From NCBI GenBank assembly GCA_964036045.1, contig OZ038379.1, forward strand, positions 49,662,001 to 49,726,000: a stretch of DNA of 64,000 nucleotides. The letters are read 5' to 3'. The stretch comes from Eutreptiella sp. 'Long Island Sound 2002' (lineage: Eukaryota > Protista > Euglenida). The notes beneath the pieces are model-generated. The model did not search any database. It was not told the origin of the DNA and saw only the letters and a list, made by a program, of their open reading frames with translations. Made by a program: the position numbers and the translations under genes. This document shows, piece by piece, positions 36,701-47,004 of this stretch. How positions within the stretch are numbered: position 1 is the first letter of the stretch; the number at the start of each line of letters is the position of its first letter.

Positions 36701-39700
36701 CTCTCTTTCTGACAGCCTATCGCCTTTTGATTCAACACACAGCCCCTCCCCCACTTGTACTCGCATGTGACCGGCACCGTTCTGGACCATGTGATGGATG
36801 CGGTGGATGGCCTGGCGCGTGAAGAGGGTCTAGCCCAAATTCCACGCTATGGGTGGATACCAGAACTCCAACAGCTCCCAATCCTTTTCACGCATGGTGA
36901 TCGACAGGTGTAGGATATGCAGGCTCTTTTGAATAAGGAAGTTTCCCCTTGTGTACATTCAGCATTGGATGTACCCTACTCCCCTCCCTCCCCCTCTCTG
37001 CTTACATATGAACGAGTTTTCATGAATGGCGATGTCCGTCTACGCATCGTGTCTGTATAAACCCCACCTAACCCTAACCCCCCCACAAGCTTGCCACGTG
37101 CCGCATGTGCGGGGCCACAGTGACACCACGTCATTATACTCACGATTGCCTGCTCTTGGACTTGTTTCGCGTTTCATTGCACGCACAACTCGCTTTGGCC
37201 ATTTCAGACTTTGTGCCGCGTTGGTCAGCTGTCCTCATGGAAATTCTCTGTTTGGCATTGCAGTTGGCCCCTCTGCGATTGCGGGTCCTTTGGCGTACCC
37301 AAGCGCCAATTTGAGTTTTACAGGTGAGGTTGCACCTAAGCGATTGTTGCTCAGCAGAGGTATCACGCGTTGTGCCCTACATCACGCGTTGTGCCCTACA
37401 ACACATGTTAGGGTTTGTACTACGTTCAGTGGTTGCCATTCGTAACTGACACCCCTTGCCTGCTGTACCTTCCTTGCCAGACTATCGCGCCCATGACTCC
37501 GGGAATGAACATCTCTTTCTTTCGTGGCTTCACCCCAACCGAACTGCCCGCTTGCCGTCATCCCGGTCCTACGCCGCCCCATTGGCCATACAATATTTGC
37601 CCCCCGCGATCCTACAATGGATTGTTGCTGTTTTTGGAATGTCCCTTTCCATGCCCCGGTTCATTACTGGAGGTGCAATCGCTGACAACCCTTGGGCAAA
37701 TTCTCTATACTGGTTCTCCGCCGCTCTACCGCAGGGTGTAACCTCACCCCCTTTCTTCATAGGTATCCACAAATGCATCTTTGATCTGTACTGCCCCGCT
37801 CCACTCCCTTTCACTCAATATGGTCGGCTAGTTTGGTCCCTTGCGTACGGCCACCCATGTCAATATCTAAGCCTTTGCCTGGCTTCCAATCGGCGCGCTA
37901 GTCACAAGCAAGCGGCACGCCGTCTTGTCATGCAACAAGCTCTTGCCCTGGTGGGTATCCCCCCCCGTCACTGTTATGCGGACATCACGGTGGCCGTCCT
38001 CGAGGTGGACTTGCACAAGAAGTGAGCATGGGCTACGTTATCATCTTGAATAGCATTTGCTATGCCCTATGCCGTGTTTGCCTTGCGTCTCCTTGCAATC
38101 GTCACACCCAAGTTCTATCAGGGGATCTTCGCAACTCTCACCCCCGTGCCGGACGAGGCTTCAAGATACCCTAACCCTAACCCAAGCCCTCGTTACCCAT
38201 GGCGCCACACCTCATTGCTAACTGGCAGGGGACGGAGAACATATGGTGAGCGTTTCATGGCCATCCCTAGGACTTTTAGGCTACCGGTGGATGCGTAGGC
38301 GGTGTGCGAAACTCTCAGCGGCCATGGGGATAGGACTGCCCTGATTTGCCATCCTGGGCTGCAGTGCCCCCTATTGACACCAACGCACCGGACGGTAGCT
38401 GCGTACGTGTTGGGCCACTCGACACGGGGGCCCCACGTTACACCCGTGGATGCCTGACAGCCGTGAGTGTTCTGCACAGAACATGAACCATAACAGGGGT
38501 GAACCCCCAACCCAAGGGGTACCTGTGGGGGGTAATTGGGCTCGTAACTTGTGAGGGCGAATCATAGAGGGTCCCCCGAGTTCCCGTGCCCAACACATTG
38601 ACCACGGCAGGGTAAAAGCATAAGCTGGTCCCTCTTCCTCCTTCCCCCTTGGTGGAAAGTGTCCCCGTTGTCGGGGACCTCCATCCGATGACGCCGGGCA
38701 GGGTCATCGTGGTGAACGTTGGGAGTGGCCCCAGCTCCCCCACACCGACCTTGCCACGCATCCTGAGGTGTTGTCCCCTTTTTCCAGGGACATTTGGGGA
38801 TGCCACTTGAGTGGTTTCCTTTGTCTTTCAGACGTCTACCAGGTGCGGGTGCAGGTAAGGGTGGCCCTGAGGGAGGCGGGGGAGGTGCGCTGGGACACCA
38901 TTGAGCTACACAGGGGGGACATGCTGCTCATGGTGGCCACCACCAGGCACCATGGGTTGCCTGCGCCCGAGGGGGCAAGGGATGGGCTGCAGGGGGCCCC
39001 TTTTAACCTCTAGACCCCCAACCCCAAGTCCGCCACCACCTACCCATCAAAGCACAAAGGTGCGCCAGCCGTACAAGAAGACGGCTTCTAACCAACATGC
39101 AGCACCTTCAAACCCCGGAGCGGCGGTTCCGATGCCGCAAGAAAAGAATGTGAGAATAGAACACGAACAAGGACCATTGTTGCCCGTGGTTGGGGTGCAT
39201 GCAGGGGTGCCCGGGGCGCATAGTCCGGGTGTTAGGGCAAAGGTGGGGGTGGCCAAGAGTGAAATTCAAATTAATTCGTACGAATTTCGCACGAATTTTC
39301 ACGAATTCATGTCTACAACTAGCCCACAGGCTTGCAGGGTTTTGCCACTTTTTGTTTGGGGCGCCGTTTGGCCGTGGTGGATGCTTTTGGGGCGCGACTT
39401 TCGCTACATGATGCGTAATGAAGTTGGGGCATGAATTTTACCACTTCAATTACCTCAAAAGGAACCAAAAATGTAGCTTTTTCCTGAACAAACCTCAAAA
39501 TTCAGGCAAATTCGCACAAATTGGAATCCTCTATTCAAATGACCGCTTAACCCCCGTTCATGAAGGGTACAATCACGGCCTCTCTCAATTGCTTTCAGTG
39601 ATGGAGAGTTTGGATCCATGTTTGCTATATTAATTGCGCAGCTGCTGCGATAACGCGGCGATGCAAAGATGTGCGTTCCATGGCAACTATTTTTCTATTT

Positions 39701-42700
39701 TTTGAACCCCTTGGAGCTTTTCCATTTTTTGGGATCCCGTGTGTGCACATGATGCAGTGATTTTGCATCATAGTTACACATGTGCAAGTCAACCCTAAAC
39801 CTATACCTTTTTCCAAGGGGGCAGGTGATTTTTATGTCATTTTGACCCCCCGGGAGGGTTTTTCCCATCCAAGGGATTGTTTTTGCGTCCCATGCACATT
39901 TGTACATATAGTTGCTTTTAGGTTGAAAAGGGCACACTTCGTGCCGAAACGCGTACTGCTGGACACTCAGTAGTCATTCTTTTTGTTTCCAACGCTTTGG
40001 TTTGAGACCGTGTGGTTTTGCCTTTGCCGTTGAGGGTATTACTTGGACTCCTTGCATCCTTACATAGTTGTCTTTTTGCAGCCACTATGCGTCCTTCCCG
40101 CGCTAGGCCCAAGACAATTGTTTCTTTGTCTGTGGCCCCCCTTAACCAATGGTTGGGGTCCTGGGCGCTATCTCAGGTACCCCAATTCACCCTCTAAGAA
40201 AATTCTGCGGATCAAACAGCATGAGCAACAAAAGCACCTAAAAAAACCAAGAAGAAAACCAGAGAAGAAAACCGGTTTCCCCCAATTTAACAATATTAAG
40301 ATCAAGCCGAGGACCCCCCCCCCCCCCGCCCATTTTACCCCAAACATAAAAATGGGCTTTTGGCATCATTTATTTGGGCAAATAAAACACAAACAACATC
40401 ACCAAAAAAAAGGTCAACATGAGAAACCCAACAACAACTTTCTTCTTGACCACATAACACATAACACACATCAACCTGTCAACAGCAATGGGTTTTCCAG
40501 TTTCTGCTGGGAACAATGGTTTGCAAATTGTTGAACATCATGTTCAATTGACATAGGTCTTACACTGCTGACCTGCTTTGTTGGTTTAGTGGTGCATCTA
40601 CTAGAATGCCCTATTTTGGTTCAGGTGTGGTGAATGGTAAAAGAAGCTTTTGCTCCACTTGCGCATCGGAAACGCTCTGAATGAACTCCCCCCCCGACCC
40701 GAAGAAAGCTGCCCCCTTTTGACTCCCTGTTTTTTGACACCCCCCCTCTGAACCCCCTTGCTCGTGCCGCAGCTAGTGCCCCTCGGAACCCTCCTTCCTC
40801 TGGGCAAAAGGATCAAATGTGCTTAAAACACACAAAGGGCATGTACAACAAGAATCACAGGTCCTTATTGTTTGATGATCATGGGTGGTGACAGTACAAA
40901 ACGCATCTTGGAAGGTGGGGGGGGGGGGGCTTCAGTTCAATTCTGGACCCCAACCCCGGGTAGAACAAGGGGCCTCCAGTTTCAGCCTCAGCATTTTTTT
41001 TTGTTATTTTCATGCTGCCAGGAGTTGGTTTGGACGGCTCAGGGATTCGAAGGTCGGACTGCTATTTAGAAATTGCTTTTTCCTACATGGATTATTTGAC
41101 CACTTGACCACCAAAAATGATCAAAAAGCAATGAAACCCCCCGCTTTTTTTGCATGGTGTCGTCACCCATTTTGGCTGCTGCGAGGTGAGGCATTGGGAT
41201 TCAAATCCAGGACCTCTGTTTGTAACATTTTGGAGTGTCAAGAATGGGAATTTTCTAATTCACAATCTGTTTTTACCGGGGGGAGGGGGGCTTTGCGGCA
41301 GGAATGTTTCGCTGTGGGTTATTTTGCATTACAAATTTGTGCGAAATTTCCCAAACAATTTTCAGGCTGCTGTGCGAAATAGACCCACTTCGAAATTTGG
41401 CGAAATTTCTTGTCCAACAGTCGCCTTTGCCACACACTGAGCATTTGTAGATGGGGTAGGGTAGAATTATGTGGGTATGGAGCCTCTCGCCGTTGATTCA
41501 TCCTTTTGTTGCACAGTTGTCCACTTTCTGCATACAATGTGCAGTTTCCTTTCCGCCATGCTTTGCTTTTTGAAGCCCCGGCCCAAAACAGATGAATGAA
41601 CGCCAGGGGAAGATTTCTGCAACATTTTTGCATTGTGACTGATCATTAGAAGCCTGTCGCCAAGCTGGGGGATGAGCCAAGCCGGGTGCCCTTCCAGGTG
41701 CCTTGCTGAAGGCAGCAAAATGTTCAAGGATGCCTGCACCCTGGCCCCATGGGGTTGGCGTGCACTGGAAAATCCATAGTTTTCTGCGCCTTGCAGGAGG
41801 CCAAGAAGCCGGTGGAGACCCCAGGGCCCGGGTATTATGACACGAAGCACAACACATTGGACAACAAAGTGCAGGGCAATGAGCCGATTCTTGTCAGAGG
41901 GCAGCTGAGGAAGCCCACGTATAAGGGCTTGGATCGCACTGGCGTACAGAAGCCATATGGCAGTCAGGTCTGATGCAGCCCTGGCTCCACAGTGTACCGC
42001 TTTGGGGAAGTATTGCTTGCAGTTTGTACCCAAATTCCAACGAGAGAGGTTGGAAGTGCGGTGAGACCACAGCTCTCATATGCGGCTGAAGTGTCATGAC
42101 CTGGATAAATTGCGATTTTAGTCAGAAATCATGAAGACTTCTGTTTGTGCATTTGGCGTTAATGATGTGCAGGAGTGACAGCTAGTCACCTTCAGGCTTT
42201 CTGACTGTACCTTATTCTACAGGACCACATATGCATGAACTCCTGCATTCATGTTATCTACTGCACCGCCCAGTTCTGCCTCAGTCCCTGCAGGTCCTGC
42301 ATGCGCTCAAGGCTACAGGAACAAGCACTGCATCTGCCTCCATTCCAGCATCGCAGTTATCACAACCACCAGAAAGGATGTCAACAGCTAAAACTGCAAC
42401 AATGGCCATGGCACGGGGGGGGGGGGGGCGGCCGGGCCCGGTCCTTGTATGCGAACCCCCCCCCCCCAGCCCCCCCCCTCAAGTTTTTGGACATTGTGTT
42501 CTAGGGGCCAACGGCACTGACTTTTGTTTTTTTTTTGCATGCTTAGTTGAAGGGGGTACTATGTGTCTGGTCTTTGTTCTGCTCTCTTTGAAGGGGGTGC
42601 TATGCCTTTGGTCCTTGTTCTGCTCCCTTTGTATAGCCCAGTGACACACCATGGCAACACTTGACCTTGAGAAGTTGCTGAAGTGAGGGAATTGCATGGT

Positions 42701-45202
42701 GTTCAAGAAGCCCCCGCCTTGGGAAAGCCCCCCCCCCCCCACCACCCAGCCATACTGCCAATAACCCCCCCCCACCCCCCACCCCCCCCAAGGTGACATG
42801 CCAACCCCTCCCTCCCCGCCTCAAGTTTTGACAGATTGTGGGGGGGGGGGTGGTCGTATCAGGACCGGTTGGAGTTGCCCCCCATGGGCCATGGCTGGCA
42901 ACAGCAATTCAAAAACATGCAAGCCACAGCCACGCTTACAGAAACAACCCCACATGCACAGCAACAAGCAGGCATCCCTAGATAGTGGGTTTTTCGGCAG
43001 GTCCCCTCGCGCAAAACAGTGACTGGAGAGTCAACCTGCCTCTTGGCGTGCACCGCAAAACCATGAAACTGGGTCCCGCATCTGAGAATTGAAGGTTCGC
43101 TGGGATTTAGGTCAGGAGGTATGGCACTTGGGTGACAGCCATCGTCAGTCGATTTAATCAATCTGACATTTTATACCACTGTTTGTGGTTGGCCATCTGT
43201 GTCCAAATTTCTTGGTGATGGGGGAGTGTGATGGAGGGTGGTCTGCTTTGGGTTTCAGTTCGTCACAAGGGTCTACGCACACGGCTAGTGCTACCATCCA
43301 TTGCCTGGCACAAGCGGGCCCGACGCCGTGGATGTCCAGTCTGAAGGTCACCTGGACAGCCCCCAGACTCCGCCAAGGCAAATGATGGCGGGTGATACCG
43401 TCGTGTGCCTGTGGGTCCTGGGAGAGGGTAACCTGATGCATTCTCCCCATGCAAGCAATGTGGCTAGGGCAGTGGGCAGACCTTTGCTTAAGGGTGGTCC
43501 CACTGGACTGGGGGGGGGGACGGGTGGGTGGGTCCGTGGCCTGTGGGTGGGTGGGTGGGTTAGTTTCATTTTGGGCGATTTGGCCCTACGTGCCTACTCC
43601 CCCCCCCCGGGGGGGGGGGGGGGTCTGGGTGGGTGGGTGGGTGGGTCAGCAATTTGTGTTGCTGTTTCTTGTGTTTCCAGTTGCAGAGACGTTTTTTCTG
43701 AAAAAATGGATCAGATGGCAGGCCCTACAAGTACCTGATCATTGTGATACAGTGAGGGCAGATGGCCCAGCCGTCTACACACTGCACTGCAGAGATGCTG
43801 GCGCAGGTTCGAATCTTGGTTACTGCATTTTTGAACATTTTTGAATTTTAGGTCACTGACCTTTTGTCAAAATTTTCAGTATGCAATGGACATGAGATGT
43901 GGGATGAGAGAACCCCCCCCCCCCTACTGGGGGAGTAGGGGGGGTCTGGGTGGGTGGGTGGGTGGGTGGGTCAGCTTTGGTGGGTGGGTGGGTTGGCCAG
44001 TCTTGAGGCAGCCCCAAAATGACCCCCCCCCCCCAGTCGCTAAGCAAAGGTCCGCCAGTGGGGCTGGGCGCGGTGGGGCATGTCGGCACACCTCATGCAC
44101 TGAGGCTGGTGGTCAACAGCATTGTCTGTGCCCGGTGCTCAGGCCCTGGCAGCGGGACTGGAAGAGTCCTACGCTGACGCTCAAGTTGGGTGGCCAACAG
44201 AACGTGCAACTGCAGCAAAAAAAGATCTGGGGCTTTCAAGTGCACTGTGGCTGTCTCCCTGGACCCCACTGTACCCCAGGGCTGCACAGGGGGACAGGGG
44301 GAATATTGGCACGAGGCTATCGAGGCAAAGGGCACTCCTTGACTGTTCATGACTATGCATGAGCAGTTTGCTGTTGCTGTGTGCAGTGCTTGTCGTTGAC
44401 ATGGGAGAGGCAGGTTACTATTGGGCTGTCAGAATCACCACAACAGATGAACAACATTGTTCTGTTGGTTAGCAGTGGATGGAGGCTGCAGGCTCACGAC
44501 TGGGGACTGGCAGTTGTGGCTCAAAGGTCTCCAAAACGGAATGAGCAGCAACCCAGCTGCAATTTGAACGTGTCAACTTCCGGATCTCAATGGGGGTTCC
44601 CGCCCCAAAAATGAGGCTGACCCTCCAAATGACTGCTGAATAAACACCACATGATGATCACACAATACCTTTTGGCTGAGGGGGGTGCACCCTGCTGTGC
44701 ACAAATGCAGCCATTTTGTCCAGTGCCTTGCCCATGTAACCTTGTGCCTATGTGGACCAAAACGTGCAAGAGAAAGGTATGATAGAGTTGCATGAAGGTT
44801 ATCAAAAGGTTTAGGACAGTATGGACCACAAAAGTCCGGACCCTGGCCGGTGGTGTTCGGATGTATTCTGTTGCAGTCACTGCGATGACGTGTACCATGT
44901 GGAAACGCCCCATAGGAGGGAAAACTTGCAGATGCAAGATGGAGGTGCGCATTGCACAACTGCACAAAGAAAGAGCTGCAATAATTCAACAGGGTTTCAG
45001 TGAGCAAATCATGTCGTGCAGTTGCTACAGGGGTCTGTTCCCCCTCCTTCTTCCCCTGATGCCTCTTTGCTGTCTCTTCCAGAGTGCCCGATTTAGGGTG
45101 GATCCCAACTCAGAAAAGGCACCAGGGCCCGGATGGTATGACGAACCCAACACGCTGATCAAGAAGACATTCAACATCACCATCGGGGACAGTTGGTCAT
45201 AA
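6795..45202 (+). CDS. Multi-exon host gene for a SHIPPO/STPG/ODF3-like PGPGxY-repeat protein (about 290 aa recognisable; 5' end and at least one internal exon not identified)
   Basis: Five GT-AG-bounded exons carry alternating F-x-S-x3-RF and PGPGxY motifs. Three junctions join in phase and restore the motifs: HPVQ|VRNPHIPGPGTY, APRFK|EAKKPVETPGPGYY and PYGSQ|SARFR. The C-terminus is KKTFNITIGDSWS*. Confidence 0.8.
7530..7742. repeat. Compound (CT)n/(CA)n microsatellite
   Basis: Direct reading. Confidence 0.95.
8009..8596. mobile_element. MITE-like non-autonomous element, copy 1 (15-bp TIR CACCTCGAAGAGAGG / CCTCTCTTCGAGGTG)
   Basis: Terminal inverted repeat; a homologous copy lies at 12228-12833. 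Confidence 0.8.
9690..9758. repeat. (GA)n / (GAGT)n microsatellite
   Basis: Direct reading. Confidence 0.95.
10300..10470. repeat. ~10-bp minisatellite (GGAGGTGTTC)
   Basis: About 15 diverged tandem units. Confidence 0.85.
11623..11838 (+). CDS. SHIPPO-repeat gene exon (VRNPHIPGPGTYD...AFSSTAQRF...TPGPGYY...ASNVQ)
   Basis: Acceptor ttctgtgctcag, donor cag|gtgtgt, 72 open codons with two PGPGxY motifs. This frame is absent from the ORF track. Confidence 0.85.
12228..12833. mobile_element. MITE-like element, copy 2 of the 8009-8596 family
   Basis: Nearly identical first ~200 bp and the same termini. A more diverged relative (gatcaagcgcag...cgtagcatacc) lies near 48318-48470. Confidence 0.8.
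13020..13975. mobile_element. Interspersed repeat / MITE-like element with short internal inverted tandem arrays (AAAATGGGCTC x3 versus TTTTTGACCCA x2) and a (GCTGCTT)n tail
   Basis: Inverted arrays at 13056-13085 and 13138-13172. A similar CTG-rich tail occurs in reverse at 6365-6425. Confidence 0.5.
15410..17815 (-). mobile_element. Internally deleted hAT-superfamily DNA transposon
   Basis: Minus-strand ORFs contain a BED-like C-x2-C...H...H segment (KLNCNLCAVWLS). A frameshifted hAT dimerisation motif (EWERY...WWEVK / FPILSSIAVFFVRRPRSACHVERAFSLLGHIL) lies at ~16290-16520. Subterminal CGGCATGCTG repeats occur in opposite orientation at 15415 versus 16085 and 17695-17800. Confidence 0.75.
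17540..17612 (-). pseudogene. tRNA-derived sequence (pseudo-tRNA / SINE head)
   Basis: A box TAGCTCAGTGG and T arm CTGGG-TTCCATT-CCCGG. Acceptor and anticodon arms do not pair. Confidence 0.7.
18223..18458 (+). CDS. SHIPPO-repeat gene exon (GPGAYEDK...FASKTKR...MNTAPRFK)
   Basis: Acceptor cattttacag, donor aag|gtctgg, phase 1/0. Confidence 0.85.
19175..19337. repeat. ~165-bp imperfect palindrome centred on a 4-nt loop (19252-19255)
   Basis: Arm aaaagtaagtaagataaa...atcttatggtcctccggaa mirrors ttccggaggaccataagat...tttatcttactgactttt. Confidence 0.9.
19400..19775. repeat. ~200-bp diverged tandem duplication
   Basis: atcttatga...cacaaggaagtgg...caaaatagaaaat...tttgccctgcattca...gcaaccaatg occurs twice. 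Confidence 0.85.
20020..20581 (-). pseudogene. Transposon-associated ORF with a possible C-x2-C...CS-x2-C (TRASH/FCS-like) zinc finger
   Basis: 176-aa protein-like ORF ending VLCVECN...*IELCSIAC, divergent from the adjacent transposase-like gene. Confidence 0.3.
21283..22780 (+). mobile_element. Degraded DDE-transposase-like gene, Academ-like, copy 1
   Basis: Consecutive ORFs with WLENF, LPLLIDMKVH and LVYGVWHPYKY. Collinear protein homology to 24530-25435 plus 27973-29124. Confidence 0.5.
23462..23762. repeat. Array of five 20-bp palindromes CTGGCCGAAATTTCGGCCAG at 69-71-bp period with divergent ~50-bp spacers
   Basis: Copies start at 23462, 23533, 23603, 23674 and 23743. Confidence 0.9.
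24089..24290. repeat. Interstitial telomere-like repeats: (CCCTAA/CCCTAG)n at the left and GGTTAGGGTTAGG at the right of a ~130-bp core
   Basis: Direct reading at 24089-24130 and 24276-24290. Confidence 0.7.
24530..25435 (+). mobile_element. Academ-like transposase, copy 2, 5' part
   Basis: CIWFDNLRRYR...LNCTAVAVLHTIALP aligns with copy 1 IVWLENFNEPRF...LDATVLAILHTIELP. CVPLLVGMKH aligns with CLPLLIDMKVH. Confidence 0.55.
25436..27972 (+). mobile_element. Composite insertion into transposase copy 2, containing a P/THAP-like DDE transposase remnant and a Cys/His-rich C-terminal domain
   Basis: It interrupts the host ORF, which resumes at LVYGVWHRYKY. Short G-run/C-run inverted ends (cacagggggg / ccccccgtg). 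Motifs SYATDGDARRRKA and KDQRDITKR, then CCFCG...PCTNRPVNCPQC...WLYSMAAHFAAVHP. Confidence 0.5.
25696..25769 (+). pseudogene. tRNA-derived sequence (Cys-like, degenerate)
   Basis: Perfect T arm CTGGG-TTCAAAC-CCCAG, a weak A box (tagtggta) and a CT-GCA-AC loop with a broken stem. Confidence 0.6.
27973..29124 (+). mobile_element. Academ-like transposase, copy 2, 3' part
   Basis: LVYGVWHRYKY and LNIGTLVRECNWEGR match copy 1 LVYGVWHPYKY and LEIGTLVRDCNSDGR. Stops and frameshifts are present. Confidence 0.55.
29444..32859. mobile_element. 3.4-kb non-coding foldback transposon with 25-bp perfect TIR (CTTAGGCGGCTCTATACGCACGTAG) and 5-bp TSD TTATT
   Basis: TIRs at 29444-29468 and 32835-32859; TTATT at 29439-29443 and 32860-32864. 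Internal arms ~29790-30950 and ~31020-32190 are inverted copies carrying (GACA/GGAC)n arrays. Confidence 0.9.
33046..35730 (+). pseudogene. Intron-containing gene of unknown function (about 750 codons, with stops and frameshifts), probably the accessory gene of the Academ-like element
   Basis: ATG at 33046 and protein-like exons. Four inferred GT-AG introns (33411-33497, 33830-33916, 34207-34326, ~35541-35690). Removing 33830-33916, 34207-34326 and 35541-35690 joins the flanking frames; 33411-33497 needs a 1-nt correction in an upstream T run. Confidence 0.55.
36375..38025 (+). mobile_element. 3' fragment of a non-LTR retrotransposon with an RNase H-like domain
   Basis: FLRDASW...GGAVAV...NLYQGGLYVAWVVL...SLTDSKSYINAL is a degenerate D/E/D RNase H pattern, followed by further protein-like degraded ORFs. 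Confidence 0.5.
38624..39013 (+). pseudogene. 2-oxoglutarate/Fe(II) dioxygenase (PhyH-like double-stranded beta-helix) domain, frameshifted at the 5' end
   Basis: Open frame 38624-39013: PQLPHTD (HxD)...LSGFLCLS...IELHRGDMLLMVATTRHHG (distal His). Confidence 0.55.
41797..41967 (+). CDS. SHIPPO-repeat gene exon (EAKKPVETPGPGYYDTK...KPYGSQ)
   Basis: Acceptor ccttgcag, donor cag|gtctga, phase 0/0. Confidence 0.85.
43495..44040. repeat. Two copies of a G-rich element with (GGGT)n tracts and C-run/G-run hairpins
   Basis: cctact...ggggggtctgggtgggtgggtgggtgggtcagc at ~43590-43650 and ~43920-43975. Confidence 0.7.
44420..44900 (-). mobile_element. Highly decayed non-LTR reverse transcriptase fragment
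   Basis: Minus-strand CPKPFDNLHATLSYLSLARFG (resembling DxxKAFD), GCTPLS (resembling QGCPLS) and HLLW at roughly the expected spacing. Confidence 0.35.
45083..45202 (+). CDS. SHIPPO-repeat gene terminal exon (SARFRVDPNSEKAPGPGWYDEPNTLIKKTFNITIGDSWS*)
   Basis: Acceptor tctcttccag, phase 0, TAA stop at 45200-45202. Confidence 0.85.
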   Translation, partial: SARFRVDPNSEKAPGPGWYDEPNTLIKKTFNITIGDSWS

Positions 45203-45550
45203 TGTGTGCTTGGTTGGTATCTTGTGGAGTTCCTCCACGTCCTTGCGGCTGCATGTTGCTCATTTGGCCATCTGAGTACCGTTCTTTGTTGCACGTTTTG
45301 GGCGTTGCCACTTTTTTTCGCAGCATCAACAATGAAGAGGGGGGGAAGGCACATGAATCTATCCCTCCTTCCTATCCCACACCCTCCCTCCCTGCCTTCT
45401 TTTATGCCCTCTGACATCGTACTAACATATGTGGGCGAATTCGAATTTACGCCAAGTGATTGCTTTTGCCCCCCCCCCCCCCCACCACTATTCCCTACTT
45501 GCTTCCCTGCAATTAAATGAATACATGTCATCATCCCTTGTTCCCGACAG

Positions 45551-47004
45551 AGCCTGCACCACTTTGTGTCATCGCCGCAGGTGGTGCAGAGCATGTCCCG
45601 GCTCTTTGCACTCCCATTTGACCCAGCAGTGGCGTTCGGCACAGCAGCCTTCCCAAGACACCTGCCGTCCCGACACAGAATGTGGCACACGTTCCATTTC
45701 ATGTGAGTAAAAGGCCTGATGCTGTCGGAGTTGAGTTTAGGCCGCAGTGGATCTGTTTTCTCCAAGCAGCTATTAAGTAATATGGCCTTTGAGTGGCTTT
45801 GATGAGTGTTGGGGTGTGTTGATGTTTGTGGGTGTGTGAAGTTATGTTGTGTGTTGTCCGTTTTGTATTTTGAGTGTTTGCGTGTGTGGGTGTCGGTTGC
45901 TCTCCTCAAGACGGGCACAATATCTGTGCCTGTTCAAATTTTTGGTGTGCGCATACGTGATTGTGAGCTTGTCTGTGTGTGTGTGTGGGTGTCCTGCTTT
46001 ACTGCGTAGTTGTGGTCCCCATCATGTGTGGGGATTCTTTTACTTGTACCTGTGTGGGTGTGAGGATGCATTTACCAGCCCGGAAGGCATGCGTGTGGTG
46101 GACAAATATGCGCTGAACCTTTGTTTGAGACATTCTGGGCAGCATATGGTGACATCTCCTCCCCAATTGTTCGCTACGGCCCCAATAGAAGCCATTCCCA
46201 CGGCTTTCCCTTCCACGGTGTCTGTATGTTGTCCATGCGAGTGCTTCACACATGAATCGTGGGACTGAAGCTAGTTTGAGGGATCCCATGCAGCAACCCC
46301 CATTTTGCCGAGGAGTGATGCATCCACTTGTTTGCATGCCTGACCATTGCCTATGATGCACCCCGAGGGGGCGGCCAGGCCCGGTCCTTGTATGCGACCC
46401 CCCCCCCCTGGGTTTTGAGAGATAGTGGGTTGGGGGGCGTGGCGTCAACAGCACTCAATTTTTTTTGTGCATGCTTCCCTTTCATCAAACCATCTATGCT
46501 TTGAGCGCCAGATTACCAAGATGGGGCGCTATACAAATGTCGTTTGTTTCGAAGTGAACTGCATTCGGAGCTCTTCCCCGGCTCGAGTGCAGTCCCCGGC
46601 AAAGACAAGAAAGCGCTATTATCACATGCATACCTCCATACCCCCAAACCCCAAGACACACGTCCCCCCTGGAGGTATGCATGTGGTAGTAGTGGGTCAC
46701 GCACAGGCCCCCCCACGTTGGGACCCTCCTCCCAGCTGAACCGCCGATACCCCCCCCCCCCCCCACCCTCCAGCCGACCCCCCACCCCAAACTGACCCCC
46801 CGCCCAAGTTTGACAGATAGCTGGGGGCTGGGTCACATCAGGACCGGTTGTAGCCCCCCCCCCCCCCCGGGTGATGCACACCAATCGTGACTTTTGACAC
46901 AAACTCCAACCATGCCTCACCCATTTCCTAGTGCCCCAGGTCGAAGTGGAAGGAGAACGGTGGCGTGCAGACAGCCCCTGGCTTTCCCTCCAGCAAGAGG
47001 GTGG
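45551..47004 (+). other. Possible exons of a second host gene (about 45551-45702, 46080-46225, 46932-47004)
   Basis: Protein-like open segments end at strong donors gtgagt, gtatgt and gtaagc. Frames could not be linked unambiguously. Confidence 0.25.

Noticed and set aside
45025-45918. 297-aa minus-strand ORF with a Cys-rich patch
   Set aside because: It overlaps the real + strand terminal exon and low-complexity sequence, with no consistent splice or motif support.
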